Source of the DNA: an uncultured bacterium | GTDB lineage: Bacteria; Patescibacteriota; Gracilibacteria; UBA1369; PNNO01 | Assembly (NCBI GenBank): GCA_963704705.1 | Contig: OY969931.1 | Span: 1,290,001 to 1,322,000 of the forward strand | DNA length: 32,000 nt | Direction of reading: 5' to 3' | In this document: in pieces, positions 30,808-32,000 of the stretch | Layout: each line of letters opens with the position of its first letter | Position numbering within the stretch: the first letter of the stretch is position 1 | Notes under the pieces: generated by a model | The model's database searches: none | What the model was told of the DNA's origin: nothing | What the model saw: the letters and a program-made list of their open reading frames with translations, nothing else | Made by a program: the position numbers and the translations under genes

Positions 30808-32000
30808 ATGCGACAGATCACAACGATCGCGTTTCTTTTTTTCCTCTGCGTCCTGAACATTCGTTCAGCGTCAGCGCAGATCAACCCCTCTATCGGAACT
30901 TCCGGCGGCGTTTGCTACGTCGACGGATCCGGTAACGTAGAGTGCCGGGACCTGGTGACCAACACCTCGCTCGGCAGCTTCAGCTACGGGTCCGGTAGCG
31001 GAAACATCGACGCATACGAGAACCTTTTCTTCACAAGCGATCCGAACGGGACTCCAATGATACAAATTCGAGACATGAACGACAACTCAGTCTGTTCCGT
31101 TCAAGGAAATGGCAGGGGGAGTGGAACCCCCAACGATGTTTACGTGACCCACTTTAACCAGAACAAGCTCGTCAAGGTAGCAAGGAGCCCTTTGACCTGT
31201 GCCTCCCCAACTGATATCCCACTTATTGGGAAAAGTCCTGCCAGAATCATTCCGATCGGAGACATCCTATATGTTCTCAACCAGGGATCCCTGACTGTCA
31301 GCCCTTCCATCGACGAGGTTGATACAGCCAACGGTGATGCGGTAACTTCGCATTCTCTTGGCGGAGTGTACGCTGATAGCGTCAAAGACATGACGTACGA
31401 TCCGAGCTCCAACTCCTTTATCGTAACTCACGGCGCAGGCTTTTGGGCCGTGGATCGTTCCACGTGGAACAAAACGAGCTGGGGAGATGTTACTAATCCG
31501 ATGGGTGAAATCGCTTACCTCGACGGGTACATCGTCTCCCATCACCTGGGTGGCAACACCGGCTACATCATCGACCCCACCAACCCAACTGCTGAAACCT
31601 CTGCGTCAATCTTCTTCGGTTTCGGCGCAACTCTGGGCTACAGTTCTATCGGCCTCACCGCGCTCTTTGTGGATGCGAACGGCCTTCACGCATTCAACTT
31701 GTCCGGCGTGGAGCAAGCATTCAGTCCCGTAAGTGCGACTGCCCAAGGTGTGGTCAACGTCAAGCCCTGGGTCACCGGCCCGGTGTGCAACAACGGCACC
31801 AAGGAGACCGGCGAGCAGTGCGACGGTTCCGATCTCGGGACCGAGACCTGCATCACGCAGGGCTTCCTCGGCGGTACCCTGGCCTGCACGTCTTCGTGCA
31901 CCTTCGACACTTCCGGCTGCATCTCCCAGATCTGCCTCAACGGCACCAAGGAGGGCACCGAGGAGTGTGACGGCAGCGACTACGGCGGGGCAACCTGCCA
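30808..32000 (+). CDS. Secreted protein (partial, runs off the window): beta-propeller-like region followed by Cys-rich CxNGTKExxExCDGSD repeats; compositionally foreign
   Basis: Absent from the track because no stop lies in the window. The ATG at 30808 is preceded by AAAGGA. The product starts MRQITTIAFLFFLCVLNIRSASA|QINPS... Strand-like repeats include VYVTHFNQNKLVKV, ILYVLNQGSLTV, FIVTHGAGFWAVD and GYIVSHHLGG. The Cys-rich repeats are CNNGTKETGEQCDGSDLGTETCITQGFLGGTLACTSSCTFDTSGC (31786-) and CLNGTKEGTEECDGSDYGGATC (31933-). Spot GC is 32/60 and 39/60. Confidence 0.75.
   Translation, partial: MRQITTIAFLFFLCVLNIRSASAQINPSIGTSGGVCYVDGSGNVECRDLVTNTSLGSFSYGSGSGNIDAYENLFFTSDPNGTPMIQIRDMNDNSVCSVQGNGRGSGTPNDVYVTHFNQNKLVKVARSPLTCASPTDIPLIGKSPARIIPIGDILYVLNQGSLTVSPSIDEVDTANGDAVTSHSLGGVYADSVKDMTYDPSSNSFIVTHGAGFWAVDRSTWNKTSWGDVTNPMGEIAYLDGYIVSHHLGGNTGYIIDPTNPTAETSASIFFGFGATLGYSSIGLTALFVDANGLHAFNLSGVEQAFSPVSATAQGVVNVKPWVTGPVCNNGTKETGEQCDGSDLGTETCITQGFLGGTLACTSSCTFDTSGCISQICLNGTKEGTEECDGSDYGGATC

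Noticed and set aside
30871-31970. Track ORFs on both strands within the terminal high-GC region
   Set aside because: All lie inside or antisense to the long open frame starting at 30808, which has a signal peptide and repeat structure. They are shadow ORFs.

Overview
Gene-dense bacterial window, mostly low GC (my spot counts on single 60-nt lines run from 13/60 to 23/60 GC in most genes). I see no rRNA, CRISPR array, transposase or integrase. Most low-GC genes lack a Shine-Dalgarno motif and many encode Lys/Glu-rich helical proteins with no family I recognise. Together with the pseudopilins and SLH proteins this suggests an uncultured, reduced-genome (CPR/Patescibacteria-like) lineage, but that is inference only. 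Left to right: a partial MATE transporter with an AbrB-like regulator; an SLH-domain surface-protein block with a C39-like peptidase; a block of unknown Lys-rich ORFs; and an accessory region next to tRNA-Thr(GGU), partitioned by two long direct repeats derived from the 3' half of that tRNA. The cargo there is a GNAT acetyltransferase plus a VanX-type D-Ala-D-Ala dipeptidase, then a decayed lipoprotein gene. Next come an LTD-cohesin-FN3-dockerin surface protein with a frameshift inside the dockerin, a membrane-anchored cohesin-like protein, rpmG (missed by the ORF track), a large lipoprotein and tRNA-Trp(CCA). These are followed by a response regulator / duplicated membrane protein / histidine kinase operon, an SdpR/SdpI-like pair, and a compositionally foreign (about 53-57% GC) Hanks-type Ser/Thr kinase gene with its own SD. 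Then a minus-strand operon of unknown proteins including a 1017-aa protein with a degenerate HD-like C-terminus, and a four-gene type IV minor-pilin-like cluster. The window ends in a second high-GC gene for a secreted beta-propeller-like, Cys-rich-repeat protein that runs off the edge. The items I consider most worth follow-up are the tRNA-Thr-derived repeat/cassette structure, the two high-GC SD-bearing genes embedded in SD-poor low-GC DNA, the cohesin-dockerin pair, and the unknown operon with the giant protein. All family calls come from motif recognition by eye; no searches were run.
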